From NCBI GenBank assembly GCA_004297205.1, contig SCUL01000001.1:157862-221861 (forward strand): a stretch of 64,000 nt of DNA. Reading direction: 5' to 3'. The DNA comes from Patescibacteria group bacterium. Lineage in GTDB: Bacteria; Patescibacteriota; Patescibacteriia; 2-12-FULL-57-11. Below are positions 45,814 through 55,073 of this stretch, in pieces. The position numbers and the translations under genes were made by a program. The stretch's first letter is position 1. Each line of letters begins with the position of its first letter. Under the pieces are notes generated by a model, which was not told the origin of the DNA, did no database searches, and saw only the letters and a list, made by a program, of their open reading frames with translations.

Positions 45814-47199
45814 TCACAGGCCTGCCAGGAAATCCTTCAACACCCGGGTAGCCAGCACGTCATCCTCGTTGTATTCCACGATCTTCTTGAGGGTGGCTGC
45901 GTCTTTCTTCTTGCGCCAGGCGTTGTACCACTCCACTGAGGCGCCGCCCGTCGCGCCCTTGGTCCGCCACTTGAAGCCCAAGTATTTGGCGAGGTCTTTC
46001 AGCGAGTAGAAATAGACCGGGAACAGCACGCTGCGCGCCGCGGTCTTCTGCAGGTCGATCATGTCCCCGAAACGCAGCAGCGCCTCCTTGGGCGCATCGT
46101 GGCGTTCCGTCAATTCCCGCACCACCATGTGCTCGTACATGCCGTAGTGGTAGATGGCGGCATCCTTGGGCAGCTTGGCAATCCAGGTGCAGAAGGCGCG
46201 CCAGACCTTGCCTTCGTCCTTCGGACTGCGCACCAGGAATTTTTTGTAAGTCGCTTTGCCGTTTTTCACGACCAGCGCGCCGTGGAGATAGTGCAGGTTG
46301 GGCTCGGGCACCGTGTCGGACTCGACGTCGTAGTAGACCTCGACCGAGGCCGTCGGAAACTCCGGCCGCTCGATGACGGCGTGGGTGTTCTGGACGTAGC
46401 AGAGGGCATGGTCGCGCAACCGCTCCAGCCGTCCGATCGGCAGATCCGTCTTCCGCCGCAGCGCGGCCAGGTCCACCTCGGCCATGTCGCTCACGGTCCG
46501 GATCCCCGCTTCGCGCAGGAGGACGTAGTCGTCGCGGCGGATGCGGTAGATCAGCGACACGTCGTTGCAGGACACCGCTTCGTCGCGGCAGGCCTCGAAC
46601 CACGGCGTCTGTTTGCAGGACGAGGAAAAAAACGGCGCGGGCTTTTCGCCGTTCAGAATCTTTTCGATTTCTTCGCGCGTGGCGTGGAATTCGTCGATCA
46701 GCGGATCGATGGGGATGGCGATCTTCTCTTCGTGGGCGTTCATGATGTAGCCGTACTTCGGCCGAACGCCCTGAATGCGCTCCAGAAGGAGTGCGTAGAA
46801 AACAAGCTGGAAGCGGTGTTCGTCGCGGACCTCGGTGGCGCTTTTCACGTCGAGCGGCGCATACACGAAAGGGCCGAGCTTGGAGTGGCCTTTCTCAGGA
46901 ACCAGAAAATCGGGAATGCCCAACCACTCCCCTTGTGCCAGGCGGCCGTGGTAAATCGGCACGCCTTTCCCCATCAGGTCGAGCGTCGTGGCGACGGCTT
47001 CGTCGGGGTCATCATCCGTGACTTCTTTCAGCCCCATCTTGGCCAGGACGCGCTTTTCGTGGGCGGCGCCGCGCTCCCAGATGGTTCTCTCGAAGTCGGA
47101 CGGGGGAAGCTTGCGCTTCTCGTCACCGTGTACGTCGAACCACAGCGCCAGCGGGCACGTCAGGTAGCGGTAGAAGTGGGTGGCCGTGAGCTTCGGCAT
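45814..47199 (-). CDS. TM0106-family RecB-like nuclease with RNase H-like domain
   Basis: GIPDFL, DVKS, QLVFY, YYDVE, YSLKDLA, YNEDDVLAT. Confidence 0.88.
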   Translation of the reverse strand: MPKLTATHFYRYLTCPLALWFDVHGDEKRKLPPSDFERTIWERGAAHEKRVLAKMGLKEVTDDDPDEAVATTLDLMGKGVPIYHGRLAQGEWLGIPDFLVPEKGHSKLGPFVYAPLDVKSATEVRDEHRFQLVFYALLLERIQGVRPKYGYIMNAHEEKIAIPIDPLIDEFHATREEIEKILNGEKPAPFFSSSCKQTPWFEACRDEAVSCNDVSLIYRIRRDDYVLLREAGIRTVSDMAEVDLAALRRKTDLPIGRLERLRDHALCYVQNTHAVIERPEFPTASVEVYYDVESDTVPEPNLHYLHGALVVKNGKATYKKFLVRSPKDEGKVWRAFCTWIAKLPKDAAIYHYGMYEHMVVRELTERHDAPKEALLRFGDMIDLQKTAARSVLFPVYFYSLKDLAKYLGFKWRTKGATGGASVEWYNAWRKKKDAATLKKIVEYNEDDVLATRVLKDFLAGL

Positions 47200-47200
47200 A

Positions 47201-48325
47201 CTAGCGACGCAGCAGGCGGACGGCGACAAGGGTGGTGATCGGCACCGTCAGCACCAGACCGATCGAACCGACGAGGGTTCGTACCACTTCGGAAGCGATC
47301 ATCTCGTTATTGATGACGTCGCGGAACGTCAGGAACGGCGCTTCATGGATGGAAAACAGCAGGACGAGCGGCAGCGACGCGCCGACGTAAGCCAGGAAGA
47401 GCGTGTTCACGACGGCCGCGGTGTGGTCGGTGCCGACCCGCATGGCGCGGCGGAACAGCTCCGCGCGCGTCAGCCCGGGGTTGGCCGAAACCAGCTCTTC
47501 GACCACGGCAGCCTGCGACACCACGACGTCGTCGAGGACGCCGAGCGTACCGACGATGACGCCGGCCAGATAGATGCCGACCATGTTCAGTCCGCTCGGA
47601 AAATGCAGGGCGAGGATCGACGCTTCCTCCGTGCCGAAGCCGGTGATGCGCGTCCAGGCCGTGAACGCCCACGCCAGGGCGCCGGTCAGCAGAAGGGAGA
47701 GCGCCACGCCGACCACGGCCGCGGCGGTCTGGCGGGTGCGGCCATGGGTCAGCAGGATGCCGACGGCGATGGCCGCCGCGGACACCGGCACGGTCACGAG
47801 AATCGGGTCGACGCCTCTGAGCAAGGTCGGAACGATGACGCCGAAGATGGCGGCAGCCGAAAGCGCCAGCGCGGCAAGCGCGCGCAGGCCGCGCGCGCGT
47901 CCCACGGCGACGACCACGGCCGCGAACAGCAGCGCCAGCCAGCCGAGCCGCGTGTCGCGCACGTAGTCCGTCACGTAAAACGTGTCGGTCCCGTCCGGGT
48001 CCTTGGACCACCAGACGATGACGCGATCCCCTTCCCGGTAGCGGCCCGCGGCAATCGTCGGGATGGCGCTGCCGTCGAACTCGACGCGCCGGCCGCGCAT
48101 CGGTCCTTCCAAAAGTTCCAGCTCCAACTTCTGTTGGACGGCGTCCGTGCCGTTGTCCGCGGGCACCGTCCGTTCCTCGAGAACGCGCACGACTTTGGCG
48201 CGGAACAGCGTGTCCGGCGACTCGATCACCGCCGCGTTCTCGTCGACCGCAACATCCCCGACATCCGCGGCATGGGCGGAAAACGGGGCAATGAGCAGAA
48301 CGAGGGTGAGCAAGAGGGCGCGCAT
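47201..48325 (-). CDS. YibE/F-family membrane protein
   Basis: DYVR, GTLGVLDDV.VSQ, NTLFLAYVGASLP. Confidence 0.92.
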   Translation of the reverse strand: MRALLLTLVLLIAPFSAHAADVGDVAVDENAAVIESPDTLFRAKVVRVLEERTVPADNGTDAVQQKLELELLEGPMRGRRVEFDGSAIPTIAAGRYREGDRVIVWWSKDPDGTDTFYVTDYVRDTRLGWLALLFAAVVVAVGRARGLRALAALALSAAAIFGVIVPTLLRGVDPILVTVPVSAAAIAVGILLTHGRTRQTAAAVVGVALSLLLTGALAWAFTAWTRITGFGTEEASILALHFPSGLNMVGIYLAGVIVGTLGVLDDVVVSQAAVVEELVSANPGLTRAELFRRAMRVGTDHTAAVVNTLFLAYVGASLPLVLLFSIHEAPFLTFRDVINNEMIASEVVRTLVGSIGLVLTVPITTLVAVRLLRR

Positions 48326-48337
48326 AACCTAGAGAAT

Positions 48338-51043
48338 CTACCGGACGGGCGCCTTCGCGTCGAGTCTGTCCCGAGCGGCAGTCGAAGGACCGCGGCCGGC
48401 CTGCCGGTGATGGCGCACGACGATGACCATTTTTGCAGCTTCGATCAGCACCACGGCGATGGCGGCGGTCAGCACGGCCGCGAACCATTGCACCGGGGCA
48501 AGCGGTGTTGTGGAAAAGACTCCCTGCAATTGTGGAATAAAGATGGGAACGCCGATGAGGGCCGAGGACACCACGGCCCCCATGTTGAGCCAACGGTTGG
48601 TGAACATCCCTCGCCCCAACGAAGGCGTGCGGACCTTGCGTACCACGAACACCATGAAAACGCTTTGGAGCGACAGTGTCACCAGCAACATGGTCCGCGT
48701 GACCACCAGATCGCCGGTCCACGTAAGGAATATCAGATACGCGGGAACCGTGACCAATGCGATAATGATCGCGATGGCGGCCAGCCACTGCTGGTAGTGC
48801 GGAGAAAAGAACGGGCGGCCGCGGCGTCGCGGCGCATCGCGTAGCACGGCTTCCTCCCCCGCCTCAAGCGCCAACCCAAAATTCAAGAACCCCGACTCCA
48901 CGACATTGATCCACAGAATCTGCGGCGTCGTGAGGGGGAGAGGGAAACCGAGGAGGAGAGCCCCGATGATCAAGGAAATCTCCGCGAAGTCGTCGGCGAT
49001 CATGTAGACGGTGGCCTTGCGCAGGTTTTGGAAGGCGAAGCGCCCTTCTTCGACGCTGCGCATGATGGTCCGGAAGTTATCGTCCAAGAGCACGATGTCC
49101 GCGGATTCCTTGGCCACGTCGGTGCCGGAGCCGAGGGCGATGCCGATCTCCGCGGCGTTCAGGGCGGGCGCGTCGTTCACGCCGTCGCCCGTCACGGCCA
49201 CGGTCTCCCCCATCTTCTGCAACAGCTGCACGATGCGCAGTTTCTGGGCGGGTGTGACGCGTGCCACGACGGACAGCTTCGGTAACATCGCCCTGAGCGC
49301 GTCATCGGAAAGGCGCTCCAGCGTGGCGCCGTCGACGACCGCGTTCTTTCCGGTCGGCATGCCGATCTCGCGGGCCACGGCCTCCGCAGTCACGCGATGG
49401 TCGCCGGTCAGCATGATGGTGCGGATGCCCGCGGCCGCCGCGCCGGAGAGCATGGCCTTCGTTTCCGGACGCACCGGATCCTGCAACAGGAAGATGCCGA
49501 GCACCGTCAGTCCGCGCACGTCGTCCGCTTTTGGCGCACGGACTGGCGCCGGCATCTCGCACAAGGCCAGGCCGCGCAGCCCCGCACCCAACGCGGCGAG
49601 CATGGTGCCCTGCAGCCGCGCCTTGCGCGCGTCGGTCAGCGGCACGTCCTGACCCTCTTCGCGCACGTGCGTGGCGCGCGCCAGCAAAATGTCCGGCGCC
49701 CCGCGGACGATCATCCGGTTGCCGGTGACCACGCCGGCGAACTTGTAACTGGAGTCGAACGGCAGTTCCGCCCCGATCCGGGCGGCGCGGGCCAGCGGAT
49801 CCATGCCGCAGCGTGCCGCGGCAAGCAGCAATGCCGTTTCCGTGGCGCTGCCTTTGGTGCGCCATTGCTCGTGCGGATCGGCCGGATTGTCCACCGTGAC
49901 CGAGAGCCCGAGCGTCGCCGCCGCGAGCGCGTCGCGCGCATCCGGCGGCAGCGGCACGACGCCGTCGAGCGCGTGCTCGCCGTCCATGGTGAGCAAGGTG
50001 CGCGCCCGCATCTTGCCTTCCGTGATGGTGCCGGTCTTGTCGATGCAGATCACGCTGGCCGCGCCCAAGGATTCCACCGCTGCCATGCGGCGTACCAGGG
50101 ATCCGGCCTTGAGGATGCGGCGCATGGCCACCGTCAATATGATGGTGATGGCGGGCAGCAATCCTTCCGGCACGGACGAGGCGATCAGCGCCACGACGGT
50201 CACGAACGCCGTGACCGGCGGTTCGCCGCGATACTGGAGGAGCGCGAACACGCCCGCGCCGATGACGAGCAGCGCTAACGTCAGCCAGCGCGCCAGACGC
50301 GTCAGTTTTTCCTGCAACGGCGTCTGTGGTTCGCGGGTGGCGCGCGTCAGCGCCACGATGCGGCCCAGTTCGGTGCGCGAGCCGGTGGCCACGACCAGCG
50401 CGCGTCCGGTACCCGCGTCCACGGTCGTCCCCAAATAGAGCATGTCGACGCGGTCGGCCATGGCCGTCTCCGCCGCGACCGGATCCGCCGTCTTCGCCAC
50501 GGGATCGGACTCGCCGGTCAGCGCCGCTTCTCCCACATGCAGCTCGGCGCTCACGATGACGCGGGCGTCGGCCGCGACCTTCATGCCGGGTTTGAGCACC
50601 AGCAGGTCGCCGGGCACCACGTCGGCCGAAGAAATCTCGTGCTCCCGGCCGTCGCGCAGCACGCGCGCCCGGTAGTCCAAGAGCGCCAGGATCTTCTCAA
50701 TGGCCTGATCGGCCTTGTACTCCTGGATCACGGCGAACCCGATGTTCAGCACGATCACGACCGCCAAAACCGCAGCGTCGACGACATGGCCCACGGCCAA
50801 GGACACCGCCGCGGCGCAGATGAGCACGAGCGCGATGGGATTCGAAAGATTGCCGTACAGAATGCGGCCCACCCCATGCCGCGGCGGGCGAGGCAGCGCA
50901 TTCGGCCCGTGTTCGCCGCGCCGGCGCTCCGCTTCCGCGTGCGCCAGGCCGCGCTCCGCGTCAACGCCAAGAGCCTGGGCCGCTTCCGCGGCACCAAGGG
51001 CGTGCCAGGCCGGCACCTGAGCGGTGTCCAAACGCGTGGGCAT
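48338..51043 (-). CDS. P-type cation-transporting ATPase (P2-like)
   Basis: LTGES, VPEGL, DKTGT, TGDH, TGDGVNDAPAL, QILWIN. Confidence 0.95.
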   Translation of the reverse strand: MPTRLDTAQVPAWHALGAAEAAQALGVDAERGLAHAEAERRRGEHGPNALPRPPRHGVGRILYGNLSNPIALVLICAAAVSLAVGHVVDAAVLAVVIVLNIGFAVIQEYKADQAIEKILALLDYRARVLRDGREHEISSADVVPGDLLVLKPGMKVAADARVIVSAELHVGEAALTGESDPVAKTADPVAAETAMADRVDMLYLGTTVDAGTGRALVVATGSRTELGRIVALTRATREPQTPLQEKLTRLARWLTLALLVIGAGVFALLQYRGEPPVTAFVTVVALIASSVPEGLLPAITIILTVAMRRILKAGSLVRRMAAVESLGAASVICIDKTGTITEGKMRARTLLTMDGEHALDGVVPLPPDARDALAAATLGLSVTVDNPADPHEQWRTKGSATETALLLAAARCGMDPLARAARIGAELPFDSSYKFAGVVTGNRMIVRGAPDILLARATHVREEGQDVPLTDARKARLQGTMLAALGAGLRGLALCEMPAPVRAPKADDVRGLTVLGIFLLQDPVRPETKAMLSGAAAAGIRTIMLTGDHRVTAEAVAREIGMPTGKNAVVDGATLERLSDDALRAMLPKLSVVARVTPAQKLRIVQLLQKMGETVAVTGDGVNDAPALNAAEIGIALGSGTDVAKESADIVLLDDNFRTIMRSVEEGRFAFQNLRKATVYMIADDFAEISLIIGALLLGFPLPLTTPQILWINVVESGFLNFGLALEAGEEAVLRDAPRRRGRPFFSPHYQQWLAAIAIIIALVTVPAYLIFLTWTGDLVVTRTMLLVTLSLQSVFMVFVVRKVRTPSLGRGMFTNRWLNMGAVVSSALIGVPIFIPQLQGVFSTTPLAPVQWFAAVLTAAIAVVLIEAAKMVIVVRHHRQAGRGPSTAARDRLDAKAPVR

Positions 51044-51160
51044 GTTGACGTGTCGTCTTCTCCATTCTATAGTGTGCGCCTGAGTCCGGCCAACCCCGCT
51101 CAGCGGGGGCGAGCGGCTCTGCTCATTCACTCTGATTGCACGGCAACATCCGTGCGTTCA

Positions 51161-51256
51161 ATGGCACTTGAAGAGGTGTCCTTACGTCTTGGCATCGCCC
51201 TCCTGTTGGTGGTCGGCATCATGACGATTCCGTTCTTCCTCGAAAGCCGGGGTTGA
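51161..51256 (+). CDS. 31-aa single-TM small protein
   Basis: MALEEVSLRLGIALLLVVGIMTIPFFLESRG*; TATAGT at 51068 upstream, hairpins downstream. Confidence 0.5.
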   Translation: MALEEVSLRLGIALLLVVGIMTIPFFLESRG

Positions 51257-51346
51257 ACGAAAACCCCGCCGGGGGTTCCTGTGGAGAGCAGGCCCTGTGC
51301 GGGGCTTTTCATTTCTTCGGACGGGTGTTACGCTCACCGTACACGT

Positions 51347-51658
51347 ATGGCAGAATTCGACGCCCATCGGCGCTGCGACCAGTGCGGCGAAATCCACGAC
51401 GAAGGAGAGGACGCCCCCAACGAGGGGGAACATCTCGCCAAAGTCGCGGAAGAAGCGTTCTTCGACCTGGTGCGCGACAACATCAAAAAGCGACTGCTTG
51501 CCAAGCATGCCGACGAGGTCGAGCACGCTACGGACATCGCGCTCGAGGCCATGAAGCTCCTGTGGCGCGAAGACATGCGCGGCACGCACGACGACTCGGC
51601 CTGGGAAACGCTCCATCTGCGGGCGTTGGCCATCTGGAAGAAACCCGGCAGCTCCTGA
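51347..51658 (+). CDS. Small acidic protein with CxxCxxxH motif
   Basis: MAEFDAHRRCDQCGEIH...; terminator immediately after. Confidence 0.65.
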   Translation: MAEFDAHRRCDQCGEIHDEGEDAPNEGEHLAKVAEEAFFDLVRDNIKKRLLAKHADEVEHATDIALEAMKLLWREDMRGTHDDSAWETLHLRALAIWKKPGSS

Positions 51659-51665
51659 GACAGAT

Positions 51666-51698
51666 CAAAAGAGCCCCCTGCAGGCAGGGGGCTCTTTG
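51666..51698. terminator. Bidirectional terminator
   Basis: caaaagagccccctgc-ag-gcagggggctctttg. Confidence 0.85.
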
Positions 51699-52700
51699 TT
51701 AGGACGCGAAGCGGCCGAAGAGAAGCGCCGCGTAGACGACGTAGGCGAGGATCAGCACGACGCCCTCGCCGCGGCTGATTTCCCGACGTTTCCGTCCGCG
51801 CCACAGCAACAGGACGATGAGGACAAGCGCGCCCATCAGCACGCCGAGATCGGCGTTCAACGTGATCGGCCAGGGCAACGGCGTCACCAGGGAGACGGCA
51901 CCGAGAACGAACAACGTGTTGAAGATGACGGACCCGATCAGGTTGCCCGCGACGATATCGCCTTCCTTGCGCCAGGCGGCGACGAGCGTCGTCGAAAGTT
52001 CCGGGAGCGTCGTGCCGAGCGCGGCCAGAGTCAGGCCGAGGAGAGTTTCCGGCAGCCCCCAGAGCGCTCCAAGATCCGTGAGCGCCCGGACGAACGCCGC
52101 CGCGCCGAACCACAGGGCAAACACGGAGACGAACACCTCGAGCAAGGCCTTCGGGATGGAGTGCGCGCCGATGAGCGACACGCGGTAGGCGTGACGGAAC
52201 CGGAAATGCTGGATGAGCCGCATGCCGTCCATCCCCTTCTCGACGAGGAGCGCGTAGATGAAGACGGAAAACAGCCCAAGGAACAGCAGACCGTCGCGGA
52301 AGGACAGCTGATTGGTCGCGGAAAGGGAGTACCAGCGTTCGTTGGCAAGCAACGCCAGCAGCACGGTGGCCGCAATGGCGATCGGCACGTCGCGCACCAG
52401 CGTCGCCCGCGGCACCGTGACCGGTCCGACCACGGCCGCGCAGCCGAGGATCAGCAGCGCGTTGGCGATGTTGGCGCCGGCGATGTCGCCGAGCCCGATG
52501 ACCGCGTTGCCGGTGAGCGCGGCGGACAGGTTCAAAAAGAATTCCGGCGCGCTGGTGCCGAAGGCCACGACCGTGAGCCCGATCACGGCCGGCGGAATCT
52601 TCAACCGCAGCCCGAGCACGGAACCGCCATGGACGAGGAATTGGGCGCCTTTGAACAGAAAGACGCCGCCCGCAAGGAGCAGGAACAGCGGGAAGAACAT
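51699..52700 (-). CDS. Ca2+/Na+ antiporter (YrbG/CaCA family)
   Basis: GTSAPE and GTTLPE alpha-repeats, GNLIGS; TGG-TATAAT-6 nt-ATG leaderless promoter. Confidence 0.92.
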   Translation of the reverse strand: MFFPLFLLLAGGVFLFKGAQFLVHGGSVLGLRLKIPPAVIGLTVVAFGTSAPEFFLNLSAALTGNAVIGLGDIAGANIANALLILGCAAVVGPVTVPRATLVRDVPIAIAATVLLALLANERWYSLSATNQLSFRDGLLFLGLFSVFIYALLVEKGMDGMRLIQHFRFRHAYRVSLIGAHSIPKALLEVFVSVFALWFGAAAFVRALTDLGALWGLPETLLGLTLAALGTTLPELSTTLVAAWRKEGDIVAGNLIGSVIFNTLFVLGAVSLVTPLPWPITLNADLGVLMGALVLIVLLLWRGRKRREISRGEGVVLILAYVVYAALLFGRFAS

Positions 52701-52715
52701 GCCCTGATTATACCA

Positions 52716-53756
52716 TCAGAGCGGGACGACTTGCTCCCAGGGGAATTCGGCGCGGCCGAAATGGCCGTAGGCGGCGGTGGCGCGGTAGATGGGCCGGCGC
52801 AGACCCAGACGCTCGATGATGGCTTGCGGACGGAAGTCGAAATGTTTCCTCACGAACGCGGAAAGGTCCTTGCCGTCGCCGGATTTGGCGGACAGCATCA
52901 TGGGTTCGGCGCGGCCGATGGCATAGGCCACGGAGACAAGCACGTTCTTGGCATGGCCGTTGGCAACCAGCGACTTGGCGGCGAAGCGGCACATGTAGGC
53001 GGCCGAACGGTCCACCTTGGTCGGGTCTTTTCCGGAAAAAGCGCCGCCGCCGTGCGGCAGCAACCCGCCATAGGTATCGACCATGAGCTTGCGGCCGGTG
53101 AGCCCGGTGTCGGCGGCGAATCCGCCCATGACGAACCGGCCGGTGGGGTTCACGAGCACTTCGACGCCGGACAAATCGCCCACCACGGGCAGGATGACGT
53201 GTTCGCGCACCAAGAGTTCGATCTCGTCTTCGGCCATGGCCTCGTCGTGCTGCGTCGAAACAAGCACCGAACGCAGCGCGCTGTTCTCAAACGTCACCTG
53301 GGCTTTGCCGTCCGGCTTGATCCAGGCAAAGGCCGGATCGAGGCGCCGGAGGTCGGCCAGCCGCTTCGTGAGCGCGTGCACCATCATCACGGGTTTGGGC
53401 ATCAGCTCCGGCGTTTCCGCGGCCGCGTACCCGTACATGATCCCTTGGTCGCCCGCTCCGCCGGTGTCGACCCCCATGGCGATGTCCGGCGACTGTTTGG
53501 CGACATGCACCAGCACGTCGATGTCTTCGGCGTAGCCGATGTCGGCGTAGACCTTACGTGCCAGAAGCTCCACATCGACGTCGGCGCTCGAGGTGACTTC
53601 GCCGCCGACGATAAGCACGCCGTGGCCGCCGAAGGCCTCAACGGCCACGCGGCTCATCGGGTCGCGCGCAAGATACGCGTCCAGGACGGCGTCGGAAACC
53701 TGGTCGCAGACCTTGTCCGGATGCCCCTCGGTGACGGACTCAACGGTCTTCCACAT
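52716..53756 (-). CDS. metK: S-adenosylmethionine synthetase
   Basis: ESVTEGHPDK, GAGDQG, GLTGRK, GGGAFSGKDPTKVDRS. Confidence 0.97.
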   Translation of the reverse strand: MWKTVESVTEGHPDKVCDQVSDAVLDAYLARDPMSRVAVEAFGGHGVLIVGGEVTSSADVDVELLARKVYADIGYAEDIDVLVHVAKQSPDIAMGVDTGGAGDQGIMYGYAAAETPELMPKPVMMVHALTKRLADLRRLDPAFAWIKPDGKAQVTFENSALRSVLVSTQHDEAMAEDEIELLVREHVILPVVGDLSGVEVLVNPTGRFVMGGFAADTGLTGRKLMVDTYGGLLPHGGGAFSGKDPTKVDRSAAYMCRFAAKSLVANGHAKNVLVSVAYAIGRAEPMMLSAKSGDGKDLSAFVRKHFDFRPQAIIERLGLRRPIYRATAAYGHFGRAEFPWEQVVPL

Positions 53757-53792
53757 ACCGCCAGAAGGTAACATGCTATACTGTTGCGGTCT

Positions 53793-53939
53793 ATGAACCG
53801 CAACACGGGCATTGCCGTGGCCATCATTATCATTGCCGGACTCGCGGTGTTCGGCATCCTCTGGACGCTCCCCCAAGCGGACAGTTACCTGCCGCAAGAA
53901 AAACGGCTCCCTGCCGCGGAAACAGCCGCGCTCCCCTGA
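53793..53939 (+). CDS. 48-aa single-TM small protein
   Basis: MNRNTGIAVAIIIIAGLAVFGILWTLPQ...; TG-C-TATACT 10 nt upstream. Confidence 0.6.
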   Translation: MNRNTGIAVAIIIIAGLAVFGILWTLPQADSYLPQEKRLPAAETAALP

Positions 53940-53942
53940 TCC

Positions 53943-54044
53943 TGTCATCCTGAGCGAAGCGAAGGATCCTTCCAGTGTTCGCCCGGGTGAATACCCGAGT
54001 GACTGCTGGAAGGATTCTTCGTCACTGCGTTCCTCAGAATGACA
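53943..54044. repeat. GTCATCCTGAG-family palindromic element, copy 4
   Basis: tgtcatcctgagcgaagcgaaggatccttccag...ctggaaggattcttcg..ctcagaatgaca. Confidence 0.88.
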
Positions 54045-55073
54045 CTACTCGTGCGGCGGCGTGAACACTTCGACGGTGTCCGAGACCGACAATCCCGGTT
54101 TGCCTCCCCCGCCGACGACGTAGACCTTGCCGCCAACGACCGCGGCGCCGAGCCCATGCCGGCTGGTCGGCATCGGCGTGGCGTCCTGCCAGCGCTCCGC
54201 GAGCGGATCATACCCGTCCACCTCGCGGAAGGTGTGCGTGACCGCCTCTCCGCCAAAAATCCAAATCTTCCCGTCCACGACCGCCGCCGCGATGCCGCCG
54301 CGTGCCCGCGGCATTTCCGCGCCGTCCATCCAGCGGTTCTCCCGCGGATCGTAGACGGAGACGGTCGCGCGGTTGGCGAGCAAGGAGGCGTGCCGACCGC
54401 CGAACACGTAGAGTCTGCCGCCGATTTCGGCCGCGGCCAGGTGGTCGCGCGGGTCGGGCATGGCCGCCTTTTCCTTCCAGACGCCGGCCGAGGCGTCGAG
54501 GACGTAGAGTTTTCCGGAAAGGCCGGCCGAATCGACACCGCCGACGACGTAGATGTCGCCATCGACTTCGGCCGCAGCGGCGCCGCCCAAACCGTCAGGC
54601 AGGCGCGGCAGCTCGGCCCAGGTGCCGATCACCGAATCGAACGCGTAGACCTCGGGGAGCGGCGTGAATCCGGCGCCGGTGAAACCGCCGATGGCGTAGA
54701 GCACGCCGTCGGCGCCGACGACAGCGACGTGGTGCGCCGGGCGCGGCAGCGGGGGCAGCGATTCCCAGACGCCCGTTTCCGGATCAAGCCGTTCCACCGT
54801 GTCGAGAGTCCGTCCCAGGCCGTCGAACCCGCCGACCGCATAGACCTTGCCATCCACGGCGGCGACGCCCACTTCCGTGCGCGAGGTCAGCATGTGCGGC
54901 GCAGCTTCCCACAAGCCGCTTGCGGCATCGCCGGCGGGCAACGCTTCGGTCCGGAAGAACCGTTCGACTTCCACGGAACGCACGTACCAGACGTAGAGCG
55001 CAACGACGGCCACGACCAGCGCAAAGAAGACCGCGATCCGTTTGTGGGCGTAGGTGCTTCTGTCGAGTCTCAT
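54045..55073 (-). CDS. Membrane-anchored Kelch-repeat protein
   Basis: Six Y/W-x-x-GG...YDP...W Kelch repeats; N-terminal TM. Confidence 0.92.
   Translation of the reverse strand: MRLDRSTYAHKRIAVFFALVVAVVALYVWYVRSVEVERFFRTEALPAGDAASGLWEAAPHMLTSRTEVGVAAVDGKVYAVGGFDGLGRTLDTVERLDPETGVWESLPPLPRPAHHVAVVGADGVLYAIGGFTGAGFTPLPEVYAFDSVIGTWAELPRLPDGLGGAAAAEVDGDIYVVGGVDSAGLSGKLYVLDASAGVWKEKAAMPDPRDHLAAAEIGGRLYVFGGRHASLLANRATVSVYDPRENRWMDGAEMPRARGGIAAAVVDGKIWIFGGEAVTHTFREVDGYDPLAERWQDATPMPTSRHGLGAAVVGGKVYVVGGGGKPGLSVSDTVEVFTPPHE

Noticed and set aside
45814-47199. Cas4/CRISPR association of the RecB-like nuclease
   Set aside because: No repeat-spacer array or cas genes seen; it fits stand-alone TM0106.
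53757-53792. SAM riboswitch upstream of metK
   Set aside because: The spacer is only 36 nt and is occupied by divergent promoter elements.
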